64,000 nucleotides of DNA from positions 96,001-160,000 of the forward strand of contig CAVRZA010000008.1 of assembly GCA_963725665.1 (NCBI GenBank), in the 5' to 3' direction. Position numbers and translations under genes: made by a program. Under the pieces are notes generated by a model. That model ran no database searches, was not told where the DNA came from, and saw nothing but the letters and a program-made list of their open reading frames with translations. Source of the DNA: an uncultured Actinomycetes bacterium. GTDB lineage: Bacteria > Actinomycetota > Thermoleophilia > UBA2241. Of the stretch, positions 20,565 through 34,307 are shown piece by piece (within the stretch, counting starts at the first letter, position 1; every line of letters begins with the position of its first letter).

Positions 20565-21415
20565 GCGACGTCGAGATCGTCGTGGCGCCGTACGCGGGGT
20601 ACTGCTACGGGGTCGAGCGCGCCTTGCGCCTGGCGCAGGAGGCGTCAGGCGAGGTGCCGGCGCCCATCCACACGCTGGGTCCGATCATCCACAATCCATC
20701 GGTCGTCGAGCGCCTCGCCCAGCGGGGCATCGAGGCCGTCGAAAGCCTCGACGCGATCGCGGAGGGGAGCGTCATCATCCGCACCCACGGCGTGCCGCCC
20801 GGCGTGGTCGCCGAGGCGCGCCGGCGCGGCCTCGAGGTCATCGACGCCACCTGTCCCTTCGTCACCGTCGCCCAGCGCAAGGCGAGCGAACTGCAGGAGA
20901 AGGGTTACGTCCCCGTGATCCTGGGTGAGCGCGACCACCCCGAGGTGGTCGGTCTCACTGCCTGCGCCGGCGAGAAGGCGATCGTCGTCGAGGACGCCGG
21001 CGAGCTCGCTGCAGGTGCGGTGCGCGGCCGGCGCGTGGGCGTCGTCGTGCAGACGACACAGACACGCGAGAACCTGTCCCGCCTAGCTGCGACACTGGCG
21101 CCGCTGGCACGCGAGCTGCTTGTCTTCAACACCATCTGCGACGCCACCGAGAAGCGCCAGGCGGCCGCCCGCGAGCTGGCGGCGACGGTCGACGCCATGG
21201 TCGTCGTGGGCGGCCGCAACAGCGCCAACACGACGCGCCTGGCCAGCCTCTGCCGCGAGCTGCAGCCGCGCACCTGGCACATTGAGCGCGCGGCGGAGCT
21301 CGAACGCGAGTGGCTCGCCGGCCTGCGCCGCATCGGCGTGGCGGCCGGGGCCTCGACACCCGAGGAGGAGATCGAGGCAGCCGTGGCGCGCATCCGGGAG
21401 CTCGTTGCCGACTGA
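20561..21415 (+). CDS. ispH: 4-hydroxy-3-methylbut-2-enyl diphosphate reductase
   Basis: GYCYGVERA, IIHN, DATCPFV, HPEV, TICDAT..RQ, SANT, GASTP. Confidence 0.95.
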   Translation: MSDVEIVVAPYAGYCYGVERALRLAQEASGEVPAPIHTLGPIIHNPSVVERLAQRGIEAVESLDAIAEGSVIIRTHGVPPGVVAEARRRGLEVIDATCPFVTVAQRKASELQEKGYVPVILGERDHPEVVGLTACAGEKAIVVEDAGELAAGAVRGRRVGVVVQTTQTRENLSRLAATLAPLARELLVFNTICDATEKRQAAARELAATVDAMVVVGGRNSANTTRLASLCRELQPRTWHIERAAELEREWLAGLRRIGVAAGASTPEEEIEAAVARIRELVAD

Positions 21416-21422
21416 GGCGCAG

Positions 21423-22777
21423 ATGCGTGGATTGCCGGTCGAGGCAGCGCGAGGGGCCGCCGAACGGGCGGGCCTGCGAGCCGGCGACGAGATCGTCACC
21501 GTCGACGGCAGGCCCGCCGTCGATGTGCTCGACCTCGAAGCGGCTGCCGCCGACGATTCGTTCGCGTTGACCGTGCGGCGCGCCGGTCGCGAGCTTGCCC
21601 TGAACGTTGACCTCGAGCGCGGCGAGAGCCACGGGGTGGCTCTCGCAGGCGGGCTGGGCGCTCCGGTCCGTCGCTGCCGCAACGACTGTCGGTTCTGCTT
21701 CATCGACCAGGTGCCGGCGGGGTTGCGACCGTCGCTACGCGTCAAGGACGACGACTACCGCCTCTCGTTCCTGCGCGCCACGTTCATCACGCTCACCAAC
21801 ATGGACGAGGACGACCTCGCGCGCGTGGAGCGCCTGCGACTGTCCCCGCTGTTCGTCTCGTTGCACGACTGGGACGACGAGCGCCGGGCGCGGCTCATGG
21901 GTGAACCGGCGCGCGCGAGCCGCGCGAAGCTCGCGCGGCTCGCGCGCGCCGGCATCGAGCTACACGTCCAGGTGGTGCTGTGCCCGGGATGGAACGACGG
22001 CGTCGCGCTTGCCGAGACCATCGCCGGCCTCGCGGCGGTGTCCGCGGTGGCCGACGTGGGCGTCGTACCGGTCTCGCTGACGGCCGAGGGCGAGCTGCGA
22101 CGGGCCACGGCCGACGACGCGGCGCGGGCGATTGCTCTGATCGAGGCCGCGCAGGGCCGGGCGAAGTCGAGCCGAAGGAAGGACTTCGCGCACGCCGCCG
22201 ACGAGCTCTACCTGCTGGCGGGCCGCCGGCCGCCGGCGAGCGACGCCGAGCTGCAGTACGAGAACGGCGTCGGTCTTGTCGCGGCGACGCTCGCGGAAGT
22301 CGACGAAGCGCGGCTCGGCGAGGCGCCGGCCGCTCGCCCTCCCGGCGATGGACGACGCTTCGCCTTGCTGACCGGCGTCCTCGCGTGGCCCGTCATCGAG
22401 GAGGTCTGCGACCGTCTCGGGTCCCGTGGCGGAGAGCCTGCCGAGGGGGCGCGCGACCGCGCCGCGCGTCCGACGCGGCTGCGGCGGGACGAGCGGCGCG
22501 AGCCGCGGCGCGCGCGCGTCCCTACGTCGTGGGCAACGAGCTCTTCGGGCCGCACGTCACGGTCACCGGTCTGCTCGGAGGCGGCGACGTGCTGCGCGGT
22601 CTGCGCGAGCAGCCGCTCGCCGCCGGCGAGTGGCTGCTCGCGCCCGAGGCCTTTCTGCCGTCCGAGCTGGGTGTGACGCTCGACGACGTGCCGTTCGAGA
22701 CGCTACGAGAGGCCTGTGACGGGCGCTTCGCCGTCGGCAGGAGCCTGGCCGAGGCCTTCGCGAGAGCGGGCCGATGA
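21423..22777 (+). CDS. PDZ + radical-SAM-like DUF512 protein (apparent frameshift around 22420-22520)
   Basis: [28 protein letters not shown]; the C-terminal [16 protein letters not shown] is in another frame; usual position before der. Confidence 0.8.
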
Positions 22778-22847
22778 GCGGCCCAGTATGCCCTTGTGGG
22801 CCCGCTCCCCCCGCGCGGCGGCAGCTCACGATCGGCGAGGCAGAGCC

Positions 22848-24149
22848 GTGAGCCCGATCCCCGTCATCGCCGTGGTCGGCTACCCCAACGCGGGCAAATC
22901 GACCCTGGTCAATCGTCTCAGCGGCACCCGGACCACTGTCGTGCATGAGACGCCGGGCGTGACACGTGACCGCAAAGCGATCGACGTGGAGTGGAACGGG
23001 CGCCACCTGACGCTTCTCGACACCGGCGGCTTCGACGTGGCCGATCACTCGCGACTCGCCGAGGAGATCCGCTCGCAGGTCGATGCGGCCATCGCCGAGG
23101 CCGACGCAGTGCTCTTCGTGGTCGACGCGCGCGCGGGACCGCTGCCGGGGGACCACGAGATCGCCGACCGCCTGCGTCGTGCTCACGTGCCCGTCGTGCT
23201 CGTGGCGAACAAGATCGACGATCCCCGCCGGGACGATCTCGCAGCGCAGTTCTACGAGCTCGGCCTCGACGAGCCACTGCCTGTGTCGGCCATGCACGGC
23301 ACGGGCACGGGTGACCTGCTCGACAGCCTGCTGGAGCTGGTGCCCGAACCTGGCGATGCGCTGGGATCCGTCGAGGAGGCGGCTATCCCCGTCGCCATCG
23401 TCGGTCGGCCGAACGCCGGCAAGTCGTCGCTCCTCAACGCTCTCGTCGGCGAGAAGCGCGTCATCGTGAGCGAGGCGCCGGGCACGACGCGCGACGCCAT
23501 CGACACGACGGTCAAGCTGCCCCAGGGCCTCTTTCGCTTCATCGACACCGCCGGCATGCGCAAGGCGGCCAAGGTCTCCGGCGTCGAGTACTACAGCTAC
23601 CTGCGCAGCCTTGCCAGCCTCGAGCGCGCCCACGTGGCCGTCGTCGTCCTCGACACGACCGTGGGCATGGGCGAGCTCGATGTCAACGTCGCCGCCGAGG
23701 CCGCGAGGCGCGGCTGCGCCACGGTGCTCGCGGCCAACAAGAGCGATCTCGCGCCGCCCGACTTCGACGAGCTGCGCGGGGTCGCTCGCCGCAAGCTGCG
23801 CCAGCAGCCGCCGGTCATCGCCGTATCGGCCCTCACAGGCGCCGGCCTGGGCGAGCTGCTCGACGTAGTCGCCCTACTCGAGAGCCGCTATACTGCCCAC
23901 ATCCCGACCCCGGAGCTCAATCGGGCGCTCGCGGCCGCCAACGCGCTGCGGCCCCTACCGCGCCGAGGGAGGCGCACGCTGAAGACGTACTTCATCGCGC
24001 AGTACGCCACGACGCCGCCCCGCTTTGCGGTCGATGTCAACGACCGTGGGCTCGTCACCCGTGACTACGGCTACTTCCTCGAGAACCGCTTGCGCGAGCG
24101 CTTCCGGCTCGCCGGCGTGCCGGTGATCATCGACTTCAAGGAGAAGTAG
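22848..24149 (+). CDS. der: Ribosome biogenesis GTPase Der (EngA)
   Basis: Two G domains: [19 protein letters not shown] and [18 protein letters not shown]. Confidence 0.95.
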   Translation: MSPIPVIAVVGYPNAGKSTLVNRLSGTRTTVVHETPGVTRDRKAIDVEWNGRHLTLLDTGGFDVADHSRLAEEIRSQVDAAIAEADAVLFVVDARAGPLPGDHEIADRLRRAHVPVVLVANKIDDPRRDDLAAQFYELGLDEPLPVSAMHGTGTGDLLDSLLELVPEPGDALGSVEEAAIPVAIVGRPNAGKSSLLNALVGEKRVIVSEAPGTTRDAIDTTVKLPQGLFRFIDTAGMRKAAKVSGVEYYSYLRSLASLERAHVAVVVLDTTVGMGELDVNVAAEAARRGCATVLAANKSDLAPPDFDELRGVARRKLRQQPPVIAVSALTGAGLGELLDVVALLESRYTAHIPTPELNRALAAANALRPLPRRGRRTLKTYFIAQYATTPPRFAVDVNDRGLVTRDYGYFLENRLRERFRLAGVPVIIDFKEK

Positions 24150-24782
24150 GTGCTCGACGTCGTGCTCGCCCTTGGACTCGTCATCGTTGCCTACCTCGTC
24201 GGGTCCATTCCGTTCGGCGTGCTCATCGGGCGCTGGTTCTGGGGCACCGACGTGCGCGACTACGGTTCGGGCAACATCGGCACGACCAACGTCTTCCGGG
24301 TGCTCGGCACCAAGGCGGGCATCCTCGTCCTCGCCTGCGACATGGGCAAGGGGTTCCTGCCGACGTTCCTGGCGACGCTCTTCCTGGCGCCGTGGGTGGC
24401 GGTCGTCGTCGGGCTCGTGACTCTCCTCGGGCACACCTACTCGGTCTTCTTGCGCGGCAACGGTGGCAAGGGGGTCGCCACGGGAGCCGGGGTGATCCTC
24501 GCTCTCATGCCGGTGGTGTTCCTTGTGCTGCTGGTGACCTGGGTCGTCGTCATCCTTGTGACGCGCATCGTGAGCTTGGCGTCGATCTTAGCCGCCATAG
24601 CCTTCTGCGTGTCTACCTTCGTCACCCACCAGCCCCTCTCGTACCGCATCGCCGCGGTCATCGGCACGCTGGTGGTGATCTACGCACACCGCAGCAACAT
24701 CCGGCGCATCGCCCTGCGCGCGGAGAACCGTGTCAGACTGCCTTGGAGCGATCGCGGCGACGCGCAGCCGCACGGTCAATGA
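24150..24782 (+). CDS. plsY: Glycerol-3-phosphate acyltransferase PlsY
   Basis: GSIPFG, GSGNIGTTN, DMGKG, GGKGVAT, HRSNI. Confidence 0.95.
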   Translation: MLDVVLALGLVIVAYLVGSIPFGVLIGRWFWGTDVRDYGSGNIGTTNVFRVLGTKAGILVLACDMGKGFLPTFLATLFLAPWVAVVVGLVTLLGHTYSVFLRGNGGKGVATGAGVILALMPVVFLVLLVTWVVVILVTRIVSLASILAAIAFCVSTFVTHQPLSYRIAAVIGTLVVIYAHRSNIRRIALRAENRVRLPWSDRGDAQPHGQ

Positions 24783-24833
24783 GAGCGGACCGGTGACCGA
24801 CGCTGTGCAGCCGAACGGGCCGAGGGAGTTGCC

Positions 24834-25908
24834 ATGAAGGTCACCGTCATCGGCTCGGGGAGCTGGGGATGCGCCTTCGGGCGGCTCCTCGTGCGCCGAG
24901 GACACGACGTGCAGGTGCTGACTCGTGACCCGTGATGAGGCCGTCGAGATCAACGGCGCGCACGCCAACCCACACTTCCTGCCGGGTATCGAGCTGCCCG
25001 CGGAGCTCAGGTTCATCGCCATGGACGAGGCCTCGCTGAGTGGTTGTGAGCTCGTGGTCTACGCCGTCCCGACCCAGGTCGTGCGCGAGGTCGCCCGCTG
25101 GGTCGAGGCTCGCCGGCCGGCGCGGGCGCTGCAGCTCTCGCTGGCGAAGGGCCTCGAGCGCGGCTCCCTCCGGCGGCCGACCGAGGTCATCGGCGAGGAG
25201 ACGTTCGTCGTCGCCGCGGCGCTCTCGGGTCCCAACCACGCCGAAGAGGTCGCGCGCGACATGCCGGCCGGCACGGTGATCGCCTGCTCAGACCAGGGCG
25301 TGGCCAAGCAGCTGCAAGGCGCGGTGACGGGTGACACGCTGCGCGTCTACACCAACGAGGACGTGGTCGGGGTGGAGTTCTGCGGCGCGGCCAAGAACCC
25401 CATCGCGCTCGCCGTGGGCATGGCCGACGGACTCGGCTTCGGCGACAACACGCGGGCCACACTGATGACGCGCAGCCTGGCCGAGATCGCGCGCATCGGC
25501 ATGCGCCTGGGAGCCGACTTCGCCACCTTCGCCGGTCTCGCCGGCATCGGTGACCTCATCGCCACCTGCACCTCGCAGCACAGCCGCAACCGGCGCGCCG
25601 GCGAGCTCATCGCCAAGGGAGAGGACCCGCGGCGCGTCGAGGAGGTCGTGGGCCAGACCGTGGAGGGCATCCCCACGACCTACGCGCTGCACGATCTGAG
25701 CGCCAAGCTCGGTGTCGAGATGCCGGTGACGGAGGCCGTCTATCAGGTGCTCGAGCACGGCGTCGGCCCCGCGGCCGGGGTGCGCAGCCTGATGGGCCGG
25801 GAGCTGACCTCGGAGCAGGCGAGCCAGGATCTCCTCACGCTCATCGCGCAGATCAGGCAGACGGCGAGCAAGACCGCGAGGCGGACCGCTCGCCGTCTGC
25901 TGTCATAG
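24834..25908 (+). CDS. gpsA: NAD(P)H-dependent glycerol-3-phosphate dehydrogenase (apparent frameshift near 24924)
   Basis: MKVTVIGSGSWG from ATG 24834; SGPNHA, GAAKN, GLAGIGDL.ATC.S.HSRN continue in another frame. Confidence 0.88.
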
Positions 25909-26021
25909 GCGATCGTCGCGGCATCACGGCGGTGTCTCCATCCGGTCAGTTGCCTCTCCGCCGGGTGGTCATCGTTGTCGTCCGTGCGAGCCGTCTGCTA
26001 GACTGCGGACGGCCGCAGGGA

Positions 26022-26146
26022 CTCATCGAGAGGAAGCCCCGCCTGGCGCGGGGCGGCTGAGGGACTGGCCCTGAGAAGCCCGGCAACCGGCCGCACGGCA
26101 CGGTGCCAACTCCAGCAGGTCGCTCGCGTGCGGCCTGGCAGATGAG
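26022..26146 (+). ncRNA. SAM-I (S-box) riboswitch upstream of metK
   Basis: P1 CTCATC/GATGAG, GAGAG, GAGGGACTGGCCC..GAAGCC, GGCAACC..GGTGCCAACTCC, P4 CAGG..CCTG; extended -10 TGcTAGACT at 25996-26004. Confidence 0.92.
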
Positions 26147-26225
26147 CCGGCCAGGTTCTTGACGACGACACAGCGACGCGCCCATGCGGCGTCGCCGATG
26201 CGCACGAGGAGGCAGCGTGGAGGAC

Positions 26226-27458
<1,233 letters not shown>

Positions 27459-27591
27459 GCCCCAGCCGCGGATCGCCGGTCGGGGTGGCGCCGGTCTCGT
27501 CGTGCGAACGGCCGGCGGATCGTCACCCGAACGCCGGTGCGCGCCCCCTGTCGGGCGTCCCCCTGGGCGGGTAGACTCGCGGTGATCTGAC

Positions 27592-29943
<2,352 letters not shown>

Positions 29944-30063
29944 GCAGTCGACCGGCTGGCTCGGGCCGCGAGCGAGGGGATACCATACCCGTGGCGAAAG
30001 GGGCGTGCGGTCCGTGCCGATAAGAAGACCGCAGACAGTCGAGTCGAGGTAGCAAGAGGAGTC

Positions 30064-30621
30064 TTGAGCGAGGTCGTACAAACCAGCGTCGAGGAGAGCG
30101 CCGAGCTGACCGAGAGGCGCCGGGCGGCTCTGCGCCAGGTGCGCGTGTTCGGCGATCCCGTGCTGCGCGAAAAGGCGCAGCCCGTCACCAGTTTCGACGA
30201 CGAGCTCGCCACGCTCGCCGAACGTATGACGGGGATCATGCGCGACGCCCCCGGCATCGGTCTCGCCGCGACCCAGGTGGGCGTCGTGCGACGCCTGCTC
30301 GTCTACCAGATCGAAGACGAGGCTCACGCCCTCGTCAACCCCGAGGTCGAGGCCGTCGTCGACGAGGCCGAGATCGCCGAAGAGGGCTGTCTCAGCGTGC
30401 CGGGGATCGTCGTGCCGGTCGAGCGGCCACTCGTGGTCGATGTGCGCGCTCAGGACCTGCACGGGGAACGGCTGGAGTTCACGGCTGAGGGGCTTGAGGC
30501 GCGTGTGATCCAGCACGAGCTCGATCATCTGGACGGCGTGCTGATCATCGACCGTACGACCAGACAGGAGCGCGCCAAGGCGTTACGTGCGCTCCGTGAG
30601 GGCGAGCTCAACCGGGTCTGA
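30064..30621 (+). CDS. def: Peptide deformylase
   Basis: GIGLAATQVG, EGCLS, QHELDHLDG. Confidence 0.96.
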   Translation: MSEVVQTSVEESAELTERRRAALRQVRVFGDPVLREKAQPVTSFDDELATLAERMTGIMRDAPGIGLAATQVGVVRRLLVYQIEDEAHALVNPEVEAVVDEAEIAEEGCLSVPGIVVPVERPLVVDVRAQDLHGERLEFTAEGLEARVIQHELDHLDGVLIIDRTTRQERAKALRALREGELNRV

Positions 30622-30628
30622 CCGCGGC

Positions 30629-31534
30629 ATGGATCTGGCCTACGCGGGTACCGCCCGCTTCGCTTCGCTCGTTCTCGACCGCTTGCTTGCCTCAGCCGAG
30701 TTCACCGCCCTTCACTGTGTCGTCGCCTGCGTGACGACGCCCGATCGCCCCCGGGGGCGCCACGGCACCCCGCAGCCCTCGCTTCTCAAGGAGACCGCGC
30801 TCGCCGCCGACCTGGCTGTGTTGCAGCCCGATCGCCTCGACGAGGCGTTCGCCGATGACGTGCTCTCACGTGGTGCGGGAGCGCTCGTGGTCTGCGCCTA
30901 CGGGCGCATCATCCCCACGGCAGTCCTCGAACGTATCGAGACCCTCGTCGTCCATCCTTCACTCCTGCCGCGCTGGCGCGGTGCGGCGCCTGTGCAGCGC
31001 GCGCTGATGGCCGGCGAGACCGAACTCGGTGTGGCTACGCTGCACATGACACCGGGCGTCGACGAGGGCCCCATCGGCGACCTGCGCCTGGTGCACGTGC
31101 CGCGCGAGGCCGACGCCGGCCAGGCCTACGAGGCGTTGGCGCAGCCGGCCGCCGAGGGCCTCATGGCGGTGCTCGACGGCCTCGCGCATGGGGGCGTCGA
31201 GTGGCGCCCGCAGGAGGGCGAGTCGACCTACGCCGCCAAGATCGGCGACGCCGACCGGCCTATCGACTGGCGTCGCCCTGCACGCGAGATCGCCGACCAG
31301 GTGCGGGCGCTGTCGCCGCAGGTCGGGGCGGTCGCCGAGCTCGGCGGTCAGCGCACGCTTATCTGGCGTGCGCGCCCACTCGACGAGCCGCCCTCGGAGG
31401 CCGACCGCGACCGCCTCGTCATGGCCACCGGTGAGGGATGGCTGGAGATCCTCGAGCTGCAGGAGGCGGGCAAACGGCGGATCACGACCCAGGAGTACCT
31501 GCGCGGCGCGGGCCGGCGCCTGGCAGGTCAGTAG
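30629..31534 (+). CDS. fmt: Methionyl-tRNA formyltransferase
   Basis: PDRPRGR, AYGRII, HPSLLPRWRGAAP, TYAAKI. Confidence 0.93.
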   Translation: MDLAYAGTARFASLVLDRLLASAEFTALHCVVACVTTPDRPRGRHGTPQPSLLKETALAADLAVLQPDRLDEAFADDVLSRGAGALVVCAYGRIIPTAVLERIETLVVHPSLLPRWRGAAPVQRALMAGETELGVATLHMTPGVDEGPIGDLRLVHVPREADAGQAYEALAQPAAEGLMAVLDGLAHGGVEWRPQEGESTYAAKIGDADRPIDWRRPAREIADQVRALSPQVGAVAELGGQRTLIWRARPLDEPPSEADRDRLVMATGEGWLEILELQEAGKRRITTQEYLRGAGRRLAGQ

Positions 31535-32937
31535 CCGGCGCGGCGCCGGCCCGCGAGGCGGCCTACGCTGTGCTGCTACGGGCCGAGCGCGAGCCCGGCC
31601 GTCTCGACCTCGCCCTCGGGGCGAGGCCCGAGTTCGCCGGGCTCGCCCCCCGCGACCGCTCCCTCGCCTCCGAACTCGTCTCGGGCACCCTCAAGCGGCG
31701 CAACAGCCTCGACGCTGTGCTCGCGGTATCCACCGGCGGACGACCGCTTACCCGTGTCGACGTGGGTGTGCGCACGGCGCTGCGCCTCGGCGCCTTTCAG
31801 CTTCTCTACCTCGACCGCGTGCCGGCGCACGCGGCGGTCGACGACTCCGTCGAGCTGGCGAAGCGCAGTAGTCGGCGCGCCGGTGGGTTCGCCAATGCCG
31901 TGCTGCGACGGGTCGCGGCGGAGGGACGCGAGCGGCTCGCCGGCCTGTCCGAGGGCGCGTCGCTCGGGGCAGTGGCCCTGCGCACCTCTCACCCCCAGTG
32001 GCTCGTGCGACTGTGGCAGCGCGAGCTCGGCGACGGCATCGCCCTTGCGCTGCTCGAGGCCGACAACGAGCCGGCGCCGCGCTGCCTGCGCGTCAACGCG
32101 CGGCTTGGTACACCCGCTGAGGCCGTCGCGGCACTGGCGGCCGACGGCGTCACGGCGTCGCCGGTCGACGGCTTCCCACGGGCACTCGAGATCTCGGGCC
32201 CGCCCATCGAGTGGTCGGCCGCCTTTCGCGACGGTCTCGTGACACCGCAGTCTCTGGGCTCGCAGCTCGCCGCACAGGTCGTGCTCGACGGGCTGGACGT
32301 GGGTGCCGGGGGCGGCGCGGGGGGCGGCGAGATCGCCGATCTTTGCGCCGCCCCCGGCACCAAGACCTCGCAGCTTGGCGACGCGTGGCCGGCGGCGCGC
32401 GTCGTCGCCGTTGAGGCCGACGAGACACGCGCCGCCGGCCTGCGCGCGAATCTCGCCCGCCAGCGCCTGGCAGAGGTGCAGGTCGTGGTCGCCGACGTGC
32501 TGGCGCTCAGTCCGGAGTACGACGGCCGCTTTGGGGCCGTGTTGCTCGATCCGCCCTGCAGCGGCCTCGGTACGCTGGCTTCGCGTCCCGACCTGCGCTG
32601 GCGGCACCGGCCGGCCGACATCGAACGGCTCGCGGAGCTGCAGAGCCGCCTGCTGGAGCGCGCCGCCGGGCTCGTCGAGCCCGGCGGCGCGCTCACCTAC
32701 TCGGTCTGCACACTCACCGACGCCGAGACGCTCAGAGCCGTCGACCGCTTCCTCGCACGCGGCGGCTGGTCGCTCGATGACCTTTCGGCCACCCACCCGC
32801 GCTTCGCCCATCCACGGCGCGGCGGGTTCCTCTTGACTCTACCGTCACGCGACCGGACGAGTGGCTTCTTCATCGCCAGGCTCCGACGCGACACCGTGGC
32901 GGGCAAGGAACTGGGTAGCCGGAGGGAGAATACCTAG
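31438..32937 (+). CDS. rsmB: 16S rRNA m5C967 methyltransferase RsmB (start uncertain; homology begins near 31550)
   Basis: NusB-like N-terminus (FANAVLR), SHP.WL, DLCAAPGTKT, DPPCSGLG, YSVCT; follows def-fmt. Confidence 0.88.
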   Translation: MAGDPRAAGGGQTADHDPGVPARRGPAPGRSVAGAAPAREAAYAVLLRAEREPGRLDLALGARPEFAGLAPRDRSLASELVSGTLKRRNSLDAVLAVSTGGRPLTRVDVGVRTALRLGAFQLLYLDRVPAHAAVDDSVELAKRSSRRAGGFANAVLRRVAAEGRERLAGLSEGASLGAVALRTSHPQWLVRLWQRELGDGIALALLEADNEPAPRCLRVNARLGTPAEAVAALAADGVTASPVDGFPRALEISGPPIEWSAAFRDGLVTPQSLGSQLAAQVVLDGLDVGAGGGAGGGEIADLCAAPGTKTSQLGDAWPAARVVAVEADETRAAGLRANLARQRLAEVQVVVADVLALSPEYDGRFGAVLLDPPCSGLGTLASRPDLRWRHRPADIERLAELQSRLLERAAGLVEPGGALTYSVCTLTDAETLRAVDRFLARGGWSLDDLSATHPRFAHPRRGGFLLTLPSRDRTSGFFIARLRRDTVAGKELGSRRENT

Positions 32938-32940
32938 GTC

Positions 32941-33654
32941 GTGGAGACGGCACCCGACAGCCGCGCGGCACAGACGAAGGAGAGGCTGCGTCACCGCCTG
33001 ATAGCGCCCTCGATCCTCTCCTCCGACTTCGGACGTCTCGCCGAATCCATCGATAGCGTGATGGAGGCCGGCGCGACCCTGATCCACGTCGACGTCATGG
33101 ACGGGCACTTCGTGCCCAACATCACCATCGGGCCGCCCGTCGTCGCCGCCGTCGCGCCGCTCATCCACGGACGTGGCGGCACCGTCGATTGCCACCTGAT
33201 GATCGAGTCTCCAGAGCGATACGTGGAGCGGTTCGCCGAGGCGGGGGCCGACATCATCGCAGTTCATCAGGAAGCCTGCGTGCACCTCCATCGCGTTGTG
33301 GCCCAGATCCACGACGCCGGCGCCCTCGCCGGCGTGGCGCTCAACCCGGCCACTCCGGTCGCCTCTCTCGATGAGATCCGCCACTACTGCGACATGGTGC
33401 TCATCATGTCGGTGAACCCGGGCTTCGGGGGGCAGAGCTTCATCCCGACCTCATTGGCGAAGCTTGCGCGAGCCCGCCAGAGCCTGCCTGCCGATGTGGC
33501 TGTGCAGGTCGACGGCGGCGTCGCCGAAGGCAACGTGGCGACGCTGGTCGAAGCGGGGGCGAACCTACTCGTGGCCGGCAACAGCGTCTTCGGCAAGCCT
33601 GATCCCGGCCAAGCCTACAAGCACCTGGCCGCGCTGGCCGCGAGTGAGGTCTAG
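32941..33654 (+). CDS. rpe: Ribulose-phosphate 3-epimerase
   Basis: IAPSILS, HVDVMDGHFVPN, MSVNPGFGGQ, VDGG. Confidence 0.96.
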   Translation: METAPDSRAAQTKERLRHRLIAPSILSSDFGRLAESIDSVMEAGATLIHVDVMDGHFVPNITIGPPVVAAVAPLIHGRGGTVDCHLMIESPERYVERFAEAGADIIAVHQEACVHLHRVVAQIHDAGALAGVALNPATPVASLDEIRHYCDMVLIMSVNPGFGGQSFIPTSLAKLARARQSLPADVAVQVDGGVAEGNVATLVEAGANLLVAGNSVFGKPDPGQAYKHLAALAASEV

Positions 33655-33666
33655 CGGCGCATCCCC

Positions 33667-34080
33667 GTGACCGCGGCAATCATTGTAGCGTGCGCCGATG
33701 GCCGTCTCAGGGAGTACCTCCTGGCGCTCGAGACGAGGCTCGATATCGACGGTGCCGACCGGCTGCTCGTACCCGGCGGGCCACTTGCCTTCCTGCGTCA
33801 ACACGAACGCACGACCATGCTGGGCTGGCTCGATATGCTGGTGCGCGTTCGCGGCACCGAACTGCTCTGCCTGGTGTCGCACGAGGACTGCCTCGCCTAT
33901 GCGGACAGGCTCGCCGACACGGGCCTTACCGAGAGACGGGCGCTCGAACGCGATCTGGCTCAGGCCGGACAGGTAGTGGCTTCACGGTTCGCGTCCTTGC
34001 GCATCGAAGGCTTCATCGTCCCACGCGATCCCGCTCTGCGTCCCGGGCGCCTCTCTGCGCCGGAACGCATCGCCTTGTGA
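33667..34080 (+). CDS. Small beta-carbonic-anhydrase-like protein
   Basis: C-x-D-x-R (CADGR), PGG and H-x-x-C (HEDC) zinc-ligand pattern. Confidence 0.55.
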   Translation: MTAAIIVACADGRLREYLLALETRLDIDGADRLLVPGGPLAFLRQHERTTMLGWLDMLVRVRGTELLCLVSHEDCLAYADRLADTGLTERRALERDLAQAGQVVASRFASLRIEGFIVPRDPALRPGRLSAPERIAL

Positions 34081-34125
34081 GCGTCGGTCGCCGCGGCGTA
34101 TACTGAGCTCGAGAAAAGCGGCAAG

Positions 34126-34243
34126 CGTCTTCAGGGCGGGGTGGAAGTCCCCACCGGCGGTGAGAGCCCGCGACCCGTTCGAGAGAGCGGTGGACCAGGT
34201 GGAACTCCTGGGCCGACGGTGAGAGTCCGGATGGGAGAAGACG
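34126..34243 (+). ncRNA. FMN riboswitch (RFN element)
   Basis: CGTCTTCAGGGCGGGGTGGAAGTCCCCACCGGCGGT..AGCCCGCGA..GCCGACGGT..AGTCCGGATGGGAGAAGACG; TATACT -10 at 34099-34104; upstream of the rib operon. Confidence 0.96.
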
Positions 34244-34271
34244 GCTGGCCGAGCCACGAGGCTCGGCCAGC

Positions 34272-34307
34272 GACCCTGGAGCGCGGTGTGCGCTTCGGGG
34301 TCTTTTT
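34272..34307 (+). terminator. Riboswitch-associated intrinsic terminator
   Basis: Stem GACCCTGGAGCGC/GCGCTTCGGGGTC (two G-U pairs) followed by TTTTT. Confidence 0.75.
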
